Position numbers and translations under genes: made by a program
The notes under the pieces: model-generated
Seen by the model: the letters and a program-made list of their open reading frames with translations, nothing else
Databases searched by the model: none
What the model was told of the DNA's origin: nothing
Shown here: positions 49,391 to 61,488 of the stretch, piece by piece
Position numbering within the stretch: the first letter of the stretch is position 1
Layout of the letters: each line of letters begins with the position of its first letter
Source: Calditrichales bacterium
GTDB taxonomy: Bacteria; Calditrichota; Calditrichia; Calditrichales; J004
Direction of reading: 5' to 3'
Assembly: GCA_965267575.1 (NCBI GenBank)
Contig: OZ254086.1
Coordinates: 2,880,001-2,944,000, forward strand
DNA: 64,000 bases

Positions 49391-49660
49391 ATCCAGACTC
49401 CATTTAGGGCCCGTAGAGTTGTCGGGTTTGAAATTGATACAACACCGACCTTTGATTTTAAGTCGTATGTCAGCATTCGGATTACAAAAGCGGAATATCA
49501 GGATATCAATTGTTTTTAGTCGTAAATGATCAGCATTTGATCGTTTTTTCACAAACCTTGCAGTGGATTTTTATGCCCGTCATTTGGAGGTATCGAAAAA
49601 ATATTTTTTATTTTGTTTTTTCTGAAAACGGCGAAAGATTTTTACAAGTGAATTGTATAT

Positions 49661-52155
<2,495 letters not shown>

Positions 52156-52240
52156 TATTCATTGAAACAATCTCTCCAAACAAAAACCGCATATATACCT
52201 CCTACACCAAAAAATAAGGTGAATAGTTAAAGGGCAAAGC

Positions 52241-52276
52241 AAGCGGACCGGTCGCCCGACCGGCTCCGCTTTTTTT
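52241..52276 (+). terminator. Intrinsic terminator of sigma-MTase/ahcY unit
   Basis: AAGCGGACCGGTCG-cc-CGACCGG(C)TCCGCTT plus T-run. Confidence 0.8.
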
Positions 52277-52331
52277 ATGGGAGCAGGACGGTTAAATTGA
52301 ATTGATGAATGAGTGAGATTTTAGATAGTTT

Positions 52332-52438
52332 ACTTGAACACTTGAACACACATTCAGATCATGATCAAGAGCAAGATCAGGATCATGACTGAGAAGAGCA
52401 TTAACACATTAATACTTTAACACTTTAGCACTCTAATG
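52332..52438. repeat. Mosaic of 6-mer (GATCAT/GATCAA) and 8-mer (CTTTAACA-like) microrepeats
   Basis: Reverse-complement counterpart of blocks at 3811-3870. Confidence 0.75.
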
Positions 52439-54259
52439 GATATAAAAAAATTACGCAACATAGCGATCATCGCGCATGTGGACCATGGCAAGACAACGCT
52501 GGTGGATGAGCTTTTAAAACAGACCAATTTTTTCCGCGAGAACCAGCATTTTCAGGAACGCTTCATGGACAGCAATGATTTGGAGCGGGAACGCGGTATT
52601 ACCATCCTGTCCAAAAACATTTCCGTGCGTTACAGGGATCATAAAATCAATATTATTGATACGCCGGGTCACGCTGATTTTGGCGGCGAGGTGGAGCGCG
52701 TACTGAAGCTGGCCAGTGGCGTGCTGCTGCTCGTTGATGCCTTTGAGGGCACGATGCCGCAGACGCGTTTTGTGTTGCAAAAAGCACTGGCGCTGCACCT
52801 TAAGCCTGTTATCGTTATCAATAAAATGGACCGGCCTCAGGCGCGTCCGGCAGAGGTACTGGATGAGATTTACGATCTCTTTATTGACCTCGGTGCCGAT
52901 GAGACTCAGCTGGAGTTTCCGGTGGTTTATGCTTCGGCCAAGAGTGGCTGGGCCAGCGTGGATATGGACGAGCCCGGCAGCAATATGACGCCGCTGCTGG
53001 ATACAATCCTCAAGGATATTCCGCCGCCCATCACCAAAGAGGGCACAACGCAAATGCAGATCACCGCGCTGGACTATTCGTCCTATGTCGGCCGTATCGG
53101 GATTGGCCGGGTTTTTCGTGGGTCGCTGCACGAAAACGATCGCTATAAACTGGTGAAGCGTACGGGCGATATTGTGGACGCGGATATCAAGCAGCTGTTT
53201 ACCTTTGAAGGGCTTAGCCGCGTGGAGCAGGCCGAGATTCCCGCCGGCGAGATTTGCGCTGTGGTGGGCATTGAAGATATCAATATCGGGGATACGATCG
53301 CCGATTACGAAAATCCCGAGCCGATGCCGATTGTTGCCATCGACGAGCCGACGATAAGTATGAACTTTACGATCAACAACTCGCCGTTTTTTGGCAAGGA
53401 AGGGAAGTTTGTGACCAGCCGCCATTTGCGCGATCGCCTGTACCAGGAGCTGGAATCCGATGTGGCGCTGCGCGTGGAGGATACCGCTTCGCCGGATAGC
53501 TACAAAGTGTCCGGCCGCGGGATTTTGCATCTCTCCATCCTGATTGAAAATATGCGTCGTGAAGGTTATGAGTTTGCTGTGGGCCAGCCCAAGGTAATCT
53601 ACAAAGAGATTGACGGGCATAAGGCCGAGCCGGTGGAAGAACTGGTGGTGGATGTGCCGGAAACGTTGAGCGGCAAGGTGATCGAGCTGGTTTCGCCGCG
53701 CAAAGGCACGCTGATAAATATTGAGGATAAGGGCGCTTTTAAGCATTTGGTGTTTCATATCCCTTCCCGCGGATTGATGGGCCTGCGTAATAAAATTCTT
53801 ACTGCCACGGCCGGTGAAGCGGTGATGACGCATCGCTTTTACCAGTACGAGTTGTTCAAGGGCTCGGTGCCGCACAGGCAGAATGCTGTAATGATTTCGA
53901 TGGGTAAGGGGCCGGTGGTTTCTTACGCTGTGGATGCGCTGCAGGACCGTGGGACCTTTTTTGTTGATCCCGGCGAGGATGTATATGGCGGCCAGGTTGT
54001 GGGCAGCTATAACAAGGACAGCGACCTGGTGGTTAATCTGCAGAAATCGAAGAAGTTGACCAACATGCGCGCCTCCGGTTCGGACCGGGCCATGAAGATT
54101 GCGCCGGCGCTGAAGATGAGCCTGGAAGAGTGCCTGGAGTTTATCGATGATGATGAGCTGGTGGAAGTGACACCAAAGTCCGTGCGTCTACGTAAAATCC
54201 TGCTGGATGAAAATGACCGTAAACGGGCGCTATCCGCGCGCAAAAAAACCGGCGTGTAA
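52436..54259 (+). CDS. typA: Translational GTPase TypA/BipA
   Basis: [57 protein letters not shown]. Confidence 0.97.
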   Translation: MDIKKLRNIAIIAHVDHGKTTLVDELLKQTNFFRENQHFQERFMDSNDLERERGITILSKNISVRYRDHKINIIDTPGHADFGGEVERVLKLASGVLLLVDAFEGTMPQTRFVLQKALALHLKPVIVINKMDRPQARPAEVLDEIYDLFIDLGADETQLEFPVVYASAKSGWASVDMDEPGSNMTPLLDTILKDIPPPITKEGTTQMQITALDYSSYVGRIGIGRVFRGSLHENDRYKLVKRTGDIVDADIKQLFTFEGLSRVEQAEIPAGEICAVVGIEDINIGDTIADYENPEPMPIVAIDEPTISMNFTINNSPFFGKEGKFVTSRHLRDRLYQELESDVALRVEDTASPDSYKVSGRGILHLSILIENMRREGYEFAVGQPKVIYKEIDGHKAEPVEELVVDVPETLSGKVIELVSPRKGTLINIEDKGAFKHLVFHIPSRGLMGLRNKILTATAGEAVMTHRFYQYELFKGSVPHRQNAVMISMGKGPVVSYAVDALQDRGTFFVDPGEDVYGGQVVGSYNKDSDLVVNLQKSKKLTNMRASGSDRAMKIAPALKMSLEECLEFIDDDELVEVTPKSVRLRKILLDENDRKRALSARKKTGV

Positions 54260-54380
54260 CTTTATCCACTCTCAGTTTGCCCCGTGTCGAAGCGCCAGGG
54301 CATCAATAAAAAATATAAAACCCAGATTGAGCATTAGAAAAATCGAAAGGCGATTGCACCTGATTTGAGGTGTTCCATAA

Positions 54381-54822
54381 TTGTGGCGTACCTGCGGCAC
54401 GCTTGTTTAAACAGGTGCATTTTTGGGCTACCCATGTGCTGTCCCTGTGGGACGTATTTGGTTTGCCGGTAAAAAAATTGCGTTTCATCGTATAACAATC
54501 TTGTTTAATCCTGATCGATAATCCAATTATTTATGATTTGGAAAAAACATCAGTTGTCCCAAAGGGACACCATATAGGTAGAAAGGGTATTAAAGGATAT
54601 CCCGGCTGTGCCGTCAGGTACGGCATTATATGAGATGCGATGGCAGGCGGGCCAATAAGAACCAACAGCGGTCTTGTCGTGGACACATTGCAATAATCTT
54701 GTGGCGTGCCTGCGCGACATATATGGCTTTCCGGTAAAGCGTTCCCAAAGGCTTTTAAAATTCTCACTTGTTTGTGGCATCTCATTTTTTCGTTTGTCCC
54801 GAAGGGACATTTTTGTGTAGAA
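54381..54822. repeat. Cluster of REP-like palindromes including an inverted doublet
   Basis: GTCCC-N3-GGGAC three times; GTGCCG..CAGGTACG units in both orientations; GTAG tetramers adjacent. Confidence 0.7.
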
Positions 54823-54896
54823 CTTGTTTATACTGATAGATGTGAAATTAACCCGGGTTAAGAAGTAGAAAAACCCTATTGCTTAATCCGGGTTAA

Positions 54897-54935
54897 AACA
54901 AAAAAAGCCGTCCTTGTGACGGCTTTTTGTTTTTT
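54897..54935. terminator. Bidirectional intrinsic terminator
   Basis: A-run, AGCCGTC-cttgt-GACGGCT, T-run. Confidence 0.8.
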
Positions 54936-54944
54936 GGGCTGTGG

Positions 54945-56816
54945 CTATTTGACTAACAACATTTTCTTCGTCTGCATAAATTGGCCGGCCTTAAGGCGGT
55001 AGTAATACACGCCACTGGCCAGGTGCGTTGCGTTAAAGTTGAGCTCATGCCTGCCCGGATTTTGCGGGGCATCGAACAGGGTCGCCACTCTGCGTCCGGA
55101 GCTGTCAAAGATCTCAATTTTCACCTGCGCACGGCGGGGCAGCTCATACACAATCGTAGTGGATGGGTTGAAGGGGTTGGGGTAGTTTTGGTGCAGGGTG
55201 ATTGTATTGGGTTGTGTTTGCTCTGCTTCATCGATGCCGACAAGCAGGGTATCGCCATAGACCACACCGTCAATAACCGCACCCTGTAGGTGCATTTCAG
55301 CGTTTCCAAAATCAAACTCGTGCCACCTGTAAATCAGTCCAAAACCTTTCGCGAAGCGATAATACGGTATGCCCAGGTTATATTGTTCAAACTCCATCGT
55401 AGCGACCCATTTTGAAAACACCGTATCGCGATCCTGTTGTGTTAATGTTAACGATTGATACTCCGGATAGCCGTCGCGGAACGTCAATGAGTCGTTAACC
55501 GTCATGGCAAAATCCCACTTCAGTATTTCGCTTCCTTCATTCGTATAGGCGTATACTCTGGCCGTACTGCTATCAATACGCAGATATTCTGTTTCAATAA
55601 GAACGTTATCTTTGGCACGGAAATGTTCGACGACACGATAACGACGATTGTTTGGCTTTGTGATTTCCCCTGAAACCTTCACTTTAATAAGTCGGGTATA
55701 GGAATCACAGCCGTCGTAGCCACAGCTAATCCCCAATTCTTTATAAAACCACCTATTGCCTACGTTGAGCGGATAATAGTTAACGTTTTTTTCCGGAAGG
55801 AGTGATTGGATGATTTTTACCGTGTCTGATAGTGTATATACAAAATGCGGTGTAGCTACAAACAGAGAATCGGACATTGACGGCTTGGCAATGCCGGTGA
55901 TCTTATGTGGAGCCTGAAAGATCAAATCCCAGCTTTGCCCAAAATCTTCTGTCCGGTAAAGATTGCGTCCAATGCTATGGTACCACTTGCCGGAGACCGA
56001 ATCATCCAGAGCAATCCGAATAGGATTGTAGCGATAAAATTCGACGAATTGTTCGTACCTGTCTGTACCGTATCCTAAATCGACGCTTTTGATTATACTC
56101 CTGCTAAAAGGCTTACCCGCTTCGTTTGACATAAGCAGATAGCCTTTATCCCGATACGTCGTCCAGGCCAGGATGTACTGGGGATTCTTATCAAATAAAA
56201 ATTGAAAATAGTAGGGATTCCATATCTCTTTGTCATCGGCGGTCAGGTAGGTTTTTCCACTATCGGATGAGTAAAGAAGTTTCTCTTCTTCACCAACTGC
56301 ATACATAATCGCATTGTTTTGCGGGTGAACGCCCAAGAGATCTTCATAAGCCAAAAAAACGAAATTATTTGCAGAATCCTCTGATACAAGGGTTCCTCCG
56401 CCGGTGGAAACATATACAATGGCTGGATCTTGTTTTGAAATAATAAGATTCGATCCGCCTCCCACAACAAAAAACGAACTCCCTGTGTAAGAATGTACCC
56501 AAATTTCGCAGTCTACATTGCAGCTTGACCTGAGAAAAATATATTTTTCTGGATCGTTGTCCCAAAAGGCGACCCTGTCGCCACTAAAAACATAATCTGT
56601 TTCCCGGCTGCCTCCTGCAAGTAATCTTATTTCAGAATTGAAATGTTCATCGAAGAGAAATTTATCGGGGATGTCCTCATCAATCCAGTCTTTATAGGTG
56701 ATGAGGTAAAAGGAGTCCTGCTTTGTTTCCAGAATATCAAGATGTTTAAAAAACGGCTGACTAAAAGAGGATGAAAGCGGAACAAGCATCAGCAAAATAA
56801 AAAGAAAACTTCGCAT
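54945..56816 (-). CDS. Secreted protein with Por/T9SS-type C-terminal sorting domain
   Basis: Signal peptide; Asp-box-like SSDSGKT and TEDFGQSW; LHQNYPNPFNPST...SGVYYYRL...KKMLLVK. Confidence 0.85.
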   Translation of the reverse strand: MRSFLFILLMLVPLSSSFSQPFFKHLDILETKQDSFYLITYKDWIDEDIPDKFLFDEHFNSEIRLLAGGSRETDYVFSGDRVAFWDNDPEKYIFLRSSCNVDCEIWVHSYTGSSFFVVGGGSNLIISKQDPAIVYVSTGGGTLVSEDSANNFVFLAYEDLLGVHPQNNAIMYAVGEEEKLLYSSDSGKTYLTADDKEIWNPYYFQFLFDKNPQYILAWTTYRDKGYLLMSNEAGKPFSRSIIKSVDLGYGTDRYEQFVEFYRYNPIRIALDDSVSGKWYHSIGRNLYRTEDFGQSWDLIFQAPHKITGIAKPSMSDSLFVATPHFVYTLSDTVKIIQSLLPEKNVNYYPLNVGNRWFYKELGISCGYDGCDSYTRLIKVKVSGEITKPNNRRYRVVEHFRAKDNVLIETEYLRIDSSTARVYAYTNEGSEILKWDFAMTVNDSLTFRDGYPEYQSLTLTQQDRDTVFSKWVATMEFEQYNLGIPYYRFAKGFGLIYRWHEFDFGNAEMHLQGAVIDGVVYGDTLLVGIDEAEQTQPNTITLHQNYPNPFNPSTTIVYELPRRAQVKIEIFDSSGRRVATLFDAPQNPGRHELNFNATHLASGVYYYRLKAGQFMQTKKMLLVK

Positions 56817-56931
56817 TTTTCTTCTCCCGGGCATGGTAAGACAATATTAAATTTAAACAGTTAAAGATAGATTGCAATAACTTTTTTACGAAAGGTAGTT
56901 TTGGGGTGTGGATTGCAGGGCAAGGCCATGT

Positions 56932-57146
56932 GGTCTTGAGGTCGGGAAGTCCTGGAGTTTCGGGGTATTGAAGTCTTCTTGATTATGATCGTCGGCTACC
57001 CCGTCAAATAGATTCCGGTGTGGCTATGCGCCACCCCGATAAAAAATACCGGGACGACACCAATAACAAAACCACCGAACTCGCAAAAGGCCCCAGACCT
57101 CATGACTCCAAGACTCCGAGACCTCAAGACTTCAAGACCCCCAAAC
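56932..57146. repeat. Composite ~200-bp element, copy 1: inverted 8-mer arrays around a conserved core
   Basis: Left (GTCTTGAG-like)x6, right (CTCAAGAC-like)x7; core homologous to 60046-60245. Confidence 0.85.
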
Positions 57147-57152
57147 CATCAT

Positions 57153-58601
57153 TCACTTCTTCCAAAAGAAAGGGGTAAAAATAATAAGCACGGTAAAAAT
57201 TTCCAGGCGGCCGACCAGCATCAGGATGCTGAGAACCCACTTCCCCACATCGGGGATAAAGCTGTAATTATCGGTGGGGCCAAGGTCGCCCAGCGCCGGA
57301 CCAATATTGCCGATGGTGGCCGCCACGCCACCCAGGGCGGTTTCAAAATTCAGTCCCAGCATGCTCATAAACAACACGCCGGCGATGAACAATCCGATGT
57401 AAAACAGAAAAAAACCGGCGATGTTTGTGATGATCTCACGGGGGATAACGTTGTTGCCGATGCGCACCGGCAAAACCGCCTGCGGGTGTATCAGCCGCTT
57501 AACCTCGTTAAAGGCGAATTTGAGCAGAATCAGCAGACGGATGATCTTGGGCCCGCCGCCCGTAGACCCGGCGCAGCCTCCAAAAAACATCAGGATAAAC
57601 AGGATGGCACGCGCCGTGGGGCTCCACGTTTCATAATCGGCCGTCCCGTAACCGGTGGTGGTAATGATGGAGACGGTCTGAAAAATAGCCTGGCGGAAGC
57701 TCAGCTCGATGCCGGCGTTGCCCTGTTTCCAGACGCTGAACCAGACCAGCAGCGTTGCCACCCCGATGGCGCCCAGGAAAAAGCGCGCTTCATGGTCCAG
57801 GATGTAGATATTCCATTTGCCGCGAAGCGCACGGTAATGCAGCGAAAAATTCATCCCGGCAAAGAGCATGAACAGCGTAACAACGTAATCCACGTAGGCG
57901 CTGTTGTAGTGCCCGATACTGGCATTCTTGGTGGCAAAGCCTCCCGTGGCCAGCGTGCCGAACGCATGGCAGGTGGCGTCGAACCAGTTCATGCCGCCCA
58001 GCATAAGCAGGGCCACTTCAACGCCTGTAAGCAGAACGTAAACGCCCCACAGCAACTCGGCAGTGTGCTTGATGCGCGGTGTCAGTTTGTCCGGCGTAGG
58101 GCCGGGTACTTCAGCTTTAAACAGCTGCATGCCTCCCACACCCAGCAGCGGCAAAATGGCCAGCGACAGCAGGATGATGCCCATGCCGCCCATCCAGTGG
58201 GTCTGCGAACGCCAGAAAAGCAGGCCGTGTGGCAGTGCTTCAATGTTTGTAAGGATTGTCGCTCCGGTGGTGGAAAAACCCGACATGGTTTCAAAAAAAG
58301 CATCGGTGTAGGAGGGAATGCCGCCGGAGATGTAAAAGGGCAGCGCGCCAAATGCGGCAAAAAGCAGCCAGCTGATGGTAACGATCATAAAACCGTCTTT
58401 AACCCGCAGTTCCTCACCATGCTTGCGCGTTGCCAGGAAAACCAGCGAACCTGTCACTCCGCATAAGACAATCGTAACAAGAAAGCCTTTGAGGTCACTG
58501 CCGCCGTAATACCAGGAGATTAGCGCCGGCGGGATAAGGGAAATCGTTAAAAAGAGCAGCAAGGCCCCGACTATATTATTGATCGCGCGCAGATTTAGCA
58601 T
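57153..58601 (-). CDS. trkH: Trk potassium uptake membrane subunit
   Basis: FFETMSGFSTTG, ATGGF, TTTGY, GSTGGG, GNIGP, LVGRLE. Confidence 0.95.
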   Translation of the reverse strand: MLNLRAINNIVGALLLFLTISLIPPALISWYYGGSDLKGFLVTIVLCGVTGSLVFLATRKHGEELRVKDGFMIVTISWLLFAAFGALPFYISGGIPSYTDAFFETMSGFSTTGATILTNIEALPHGLLFWRSQTHWMGGMGIILLSLAILPLLGVGGMQLFKAEVPGPTPDKLTPRIKHTAELLWGVYVLLTGVEVALLMLGGMNWFDATCHAFGTLATGGFATKNASIGHYNSAYVDYVVTLFMLFAGMNFSLHYRALRGKWNIYILDHEARFFLGAIGVATLLVWFSVWKQGNAGIELSFRQAIFQTVSIITTTGYGTADYETWSPTARAILFILMFFGGCAGSTGGGPKIIRLLILLKFAFNEVKRLIHPQAVLPVRIGNNVIPREIITNIAGFFLFYIGLFIAGVLFMSMLGLNFETALGGVAATIGNIGPALGDLGPTDNYSFIPDVGKWVLSILMLVGRLEIFTVLIIFTPFFWKK

Positions 58602-58602
58602 A

Positions 58603-59943
58603 TCAGCTGAACATCTTTTCTACATCGTGAATGGCCGAGGGGAAGGCGAACAGCACCACTTTGTCATCCGCTTCGATCTGCGTCTCACCGACGGGAATAA
58701 AGACCTCTTTGCTGCGGCGCACCGCGCCGAGGATGGCGTTCTTTGGAAACTTCAAATCCATAAGCGGCTTCTTCGTGATCTTTGAGCCTTTGGAGGGCAC
58801 CATTTCGATCGCTTCAACGGGTGTACCCGGCACGGATGCCACACTCACAATCTGCCCGCGGCGGATAAATTTAAGGATGCTGTTAACGGTGAGCATCTGC
58901 TTGGAAATATAAGCGTCTATCCCGATGGTGGGGATAATGGGTGAATAGTCCGTTTTATTGATCAGCGAAATGATCTTTGGTACACGCAGGTGTTTGGCCA
59001 TCAGGCAGGAAACAATGTTAGTTTCGTCGTCACCGGTAACGGCAATAAAGGCGTCCATATCGATGATGCCCTCCAGCGCCAGCAGGTTCAGGTCCAGGCC
59101 GTCGCCGCGAATAACCAGCGCGCGCTGTAGCTTTTCGGCCAGTTCCCCGGATGTGTCCACGTTGGATTCGATGATTTTCACGTTGTAGTCTTTTTCCAGC
59201 GCCCGCGCGATCAGGTAGCCGGTCTGTCCGCCGCCAAGGATCATCACGTTTTCAATAGACTGATTTTCTTTTCCAAATACACGAATCACGTCGTTGATCT
59301 GGCTTTTTTCCACCACCATGTAAATACGGTCGTTGGGCATGAACATATCATCGCCGCCCGGTATCTTTGTCGATTCTCCGCGCTGGATGGCCACAATGCG
59401 AGTCTTGACGTCCTTGTACAGCTCGTTGAGATCTTTGAGTGGTTTGCGCAGAATCTCAAGCCCGCGCTCCAGATGCATGCCCAAAAGCACAATGTTGCCG
59501 TCGGCAAATTCGGTAACATGGCTGCAGGCCGATTGCTCCAGCAAGCGCACTGCGCCGTCCGCCGCCTCCGATTCCGGGTGGATGATCAGGTCAATCGGCG
59601 TATGCAAATCGTGCAGGGGCGAAGATTCCAGTTTAAATTCGGGATTTTTTACGCGGGCAATGGTCTTTTTGACGCCATAGCTTTTGGCCATCAATGCGCT
59701 TAAAAGATTCACCTCGTCGTTGTCTGTCACGGCAACCAGCATATCGGCCTTTTTGATGCCGGCTTTTTCCAGCATGGCCGCGCTTGTGCCGCTGCCGGCA
59801 AAGGCGTGCGCGTCCAGCGCCTCCGATGCCCGGCTAAAACGTTCGTAATCTTCTTCAATTATAATGACATCATGCTTTTCATAAGAGAGGATTTTTGCCA
59901 GGTTGTAACCAACGTGTCCGGCACCCAGAATAATAATGTACAC
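58603..59943 (-). CDS. trkA: Trk potassium uptake regulatory subunit
   Basis: Two RCK domains (ILGAGHVG; ILGGGQTG); AAGGA before GTG 59943. Confidence 0.95.
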   Translation of the reverse strand: MYIIILGAGHVGYNLAKILSYEKHDVIIIEEDYERFSRASEALDAHAFAGSGTSAAMLEKAGIKKADMLVAVTDNDEVNLLSALMAKSYGVKKTIARVKNPEFKLESSPLHDLHTPIDLIIHPESEAADGAVRLLEQSACSHVTEFADGNIVLLGMHLERGLEILRKPLKDLNELYKDVKTRIVAIQRGESTKIPGGDDMFMPNDRIYMVVEKSQINDVIRVFGKENQSIENVMILGGGQTGYLIARALEKDYNVKIIESNVDTSGELAEKLQRALVIRGDGLDLNLLALEGIIDMDAFIAVTGDDETNIVSCLMAKHLRVPKIISLINKTDYSPIIPTIGIDAYISKQMLTVNSILKFIRRGQIVSVASVPGTPVEAIEMVPSKGSKITKKPLMDLKFPKNAILGAVRRSKEVFIPVGETQIEADDKVVLFAFPSAIHDVEKMFS

Positions 59944-60045
59944 TACCGTATCCTTGTTTTTGCGAACCCCGAAGTTAAATAAATTGCCCAAATGGTGCAA
60001 CGAGCCGCAAGGCGCTGATGTGTAGTATTATAATGGTGTTAGAGT

Positions 60046-60245
60046 AGTCTCGGAGTCGTGAAGTCGCGAAGTCTTGAGGTCCTGAAGTCTTTTGGTCATG
60101 ATCCCTGGCTGCCCGTCAGCAGATCCCGGCGTGGCTATACGCCAACTCCGGCAACAAACATCGGAAAAGGCCGGGATGACATCAAAAGCATATCCACCGA
60201 ACTTCCCAAGATCCCCCGACCTCCAGACCCCAAGACCTCCAGACC
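60046..60245. repeat. Composite ~200-bp element, copy 2
   Basis: Left (AGTCTTGA-like)x6, core AGATCCCGGCGTGGCTATACGCCA...CCGGGATGACA...CCACCGAACT, right (CTCCAGAC-like)x4. Confidence 0.85.
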
Positions 60246-60355
60246 TTCTCATCCCACAATTACTTCTGGCGTTAAGAAGCGGGAATCGCTAACTTTATCA
60301 TTTGTCGAAACTTAGCGTTATTAAAGGTGTTGAACGAGCAAAAACGGGGTGAATT

Positions 60356-61483
60356 TTGAGCGAAAATCAAAAAACCGAAGATCTTCGAAAAGCCAAATCC
60401 TACAGCCGCACCCAAAATATTCTTTCCATTTCCGGGACGCTGCTTTCCATTTTGCTGCTTGTCATCTTTATTTTTGGCGGCTATTCGAGCATGCTGCGCA
60501 ACTGGACCGCGGCCCAGGTCGGTCAACCGTATCTGCAGCTACTGCTTTTTGTGGGTGTTTTAAGCCTGCTTTTTTCGATTGTCTCATTTCCGCTAAGCTT
60601 CATCAGCGGCTTCTGGCTGGAGCATCGCTACGGGCTCAGCAACCAGAGTTTTGGCGCCTGGCTCTGGGAAAAATCCAAAGGTATGCTGGTGGGGGTGTTT
60701 TTAACGCTGCCTCTGCTGCTGGCGCTGTTCTTCTTTTTGCGCAATTACCCGCAAACCTGGTGGCTGTGGACGGCGACAATTCTGTTTATCTTCTCCGTTG
60801 TCATTGGCAAAATAGCACCGCAAGTGATTTTCCCGTTGTTTTATAAGTTTGAAAAACTGGATGATGAAAACCTGCTGCAGCGTATGCAGAAACTGGCGCG
60901 CAAAGGCAGTTTCAACCTGGAAGGCGTCTACCGCTTTGATATGAGCAAAACCACCAAAAAGGCCAACGCCGCCTTTACAGGAATCGGCAAAAGCAAGCGC
61001 ATTATCATCGGTGACACGCTGCTGGACAACTTTAGCGAAGAGGAAATCGAAACCGTTTTTGCGCACGAAGTAGGGCACTATGTACACAAGCACATCCTGC
61101 AGGGCATCGTGATCAGCACGATCAGCAGCTATGCCCTTTTTGGTTTGAGCCACCTGCTTTATGTGCAAATGATCCCGGCGCTCAATTACAATGGAGTGGC
61201 GGATCTGGCTGCCCTGCCGTTACTTTCATTAATCATATCGCTTTTGTCGCTGCTGTTAAGCCCGCTCTCCAATGCCCTTAGCCGCCGCAACGAACGCCAG
61301 GCTGACCGCTACGCCCTGGAAAACAGCGAGCAGCCATCCGCCTTCATCGAGGCGCTGCAAAAACTGTCCAAATCCAATCTCAGCGACCCCGACCCTCACC
61401 CCGTGATTGAGTTTCTGTTTCACAGCCATCCGGCCATTAACAAGCGCGTCGCTTTTGCCCGCGATTATCTGCAAGCGCGATAA
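60356..61483 (+). CDS. M48 (Ste24-like) membrane zinc metalloprotease
   Basis: ANAAFTG, HEVGH, ERQAD, HSHP; multiple TMs. Confidence 0.92.
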   Translation: MSENQKTEDLRKAKSYSRTQNILSISGTLLSILLLVIFIFGGYSSMLRNWTAAQVGQPYLQLLLFVGVLSLLFSIVSFPLSFISGFWLEHRYGLSNQSFGAWLWEKSKGMLVGVFLTLPLLLALFFFLRNYPQTWWLWTATILFIFSVVIGKIAPQVIFPLFYKFEKLDDENLLQRMQKLARKGSFNLEGVYRFDMSKTTKKANAAFTGIGKSKRIIIGDTLLDNFSEEEIETVFAHEVGHYVHKHILQGIVISTISSYALFGLSHLLYVQMIPALNYNGVADLAALPLLSLIISLLSLLLSPLSNALSRRNERQADRYALENSEQPSAFIEALQKLSKSNLSDPDPHPVIEFLFHSHPAINKRVAFARDYLQAR

Positions 61484-61488
61484 GGTAT

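Noticed and set aside
49391..49552. N-terminal extension of the MCP in the ORF track (likewise TetR 13670, S46 19147, trkA 60000)
   Set aside because: Downstream starts have SD sequences and/or family-typical N-termini; the extensions cover promoter DNA.
52514..53875. 453-aa antisense ORF
   Set aside because: Shadow of typA on the opposite strand with no motifs; explained by codon bias.
57018..58466. 482-aa plus-strand ORF
   Set aside because: Antisense shadow of trkH; its N-terminus is translated 8-mer repeat.
60028..60315. Short ORFs across the repeat element
   Set aside because: Low-complexity translations of the 8-mer arrays.
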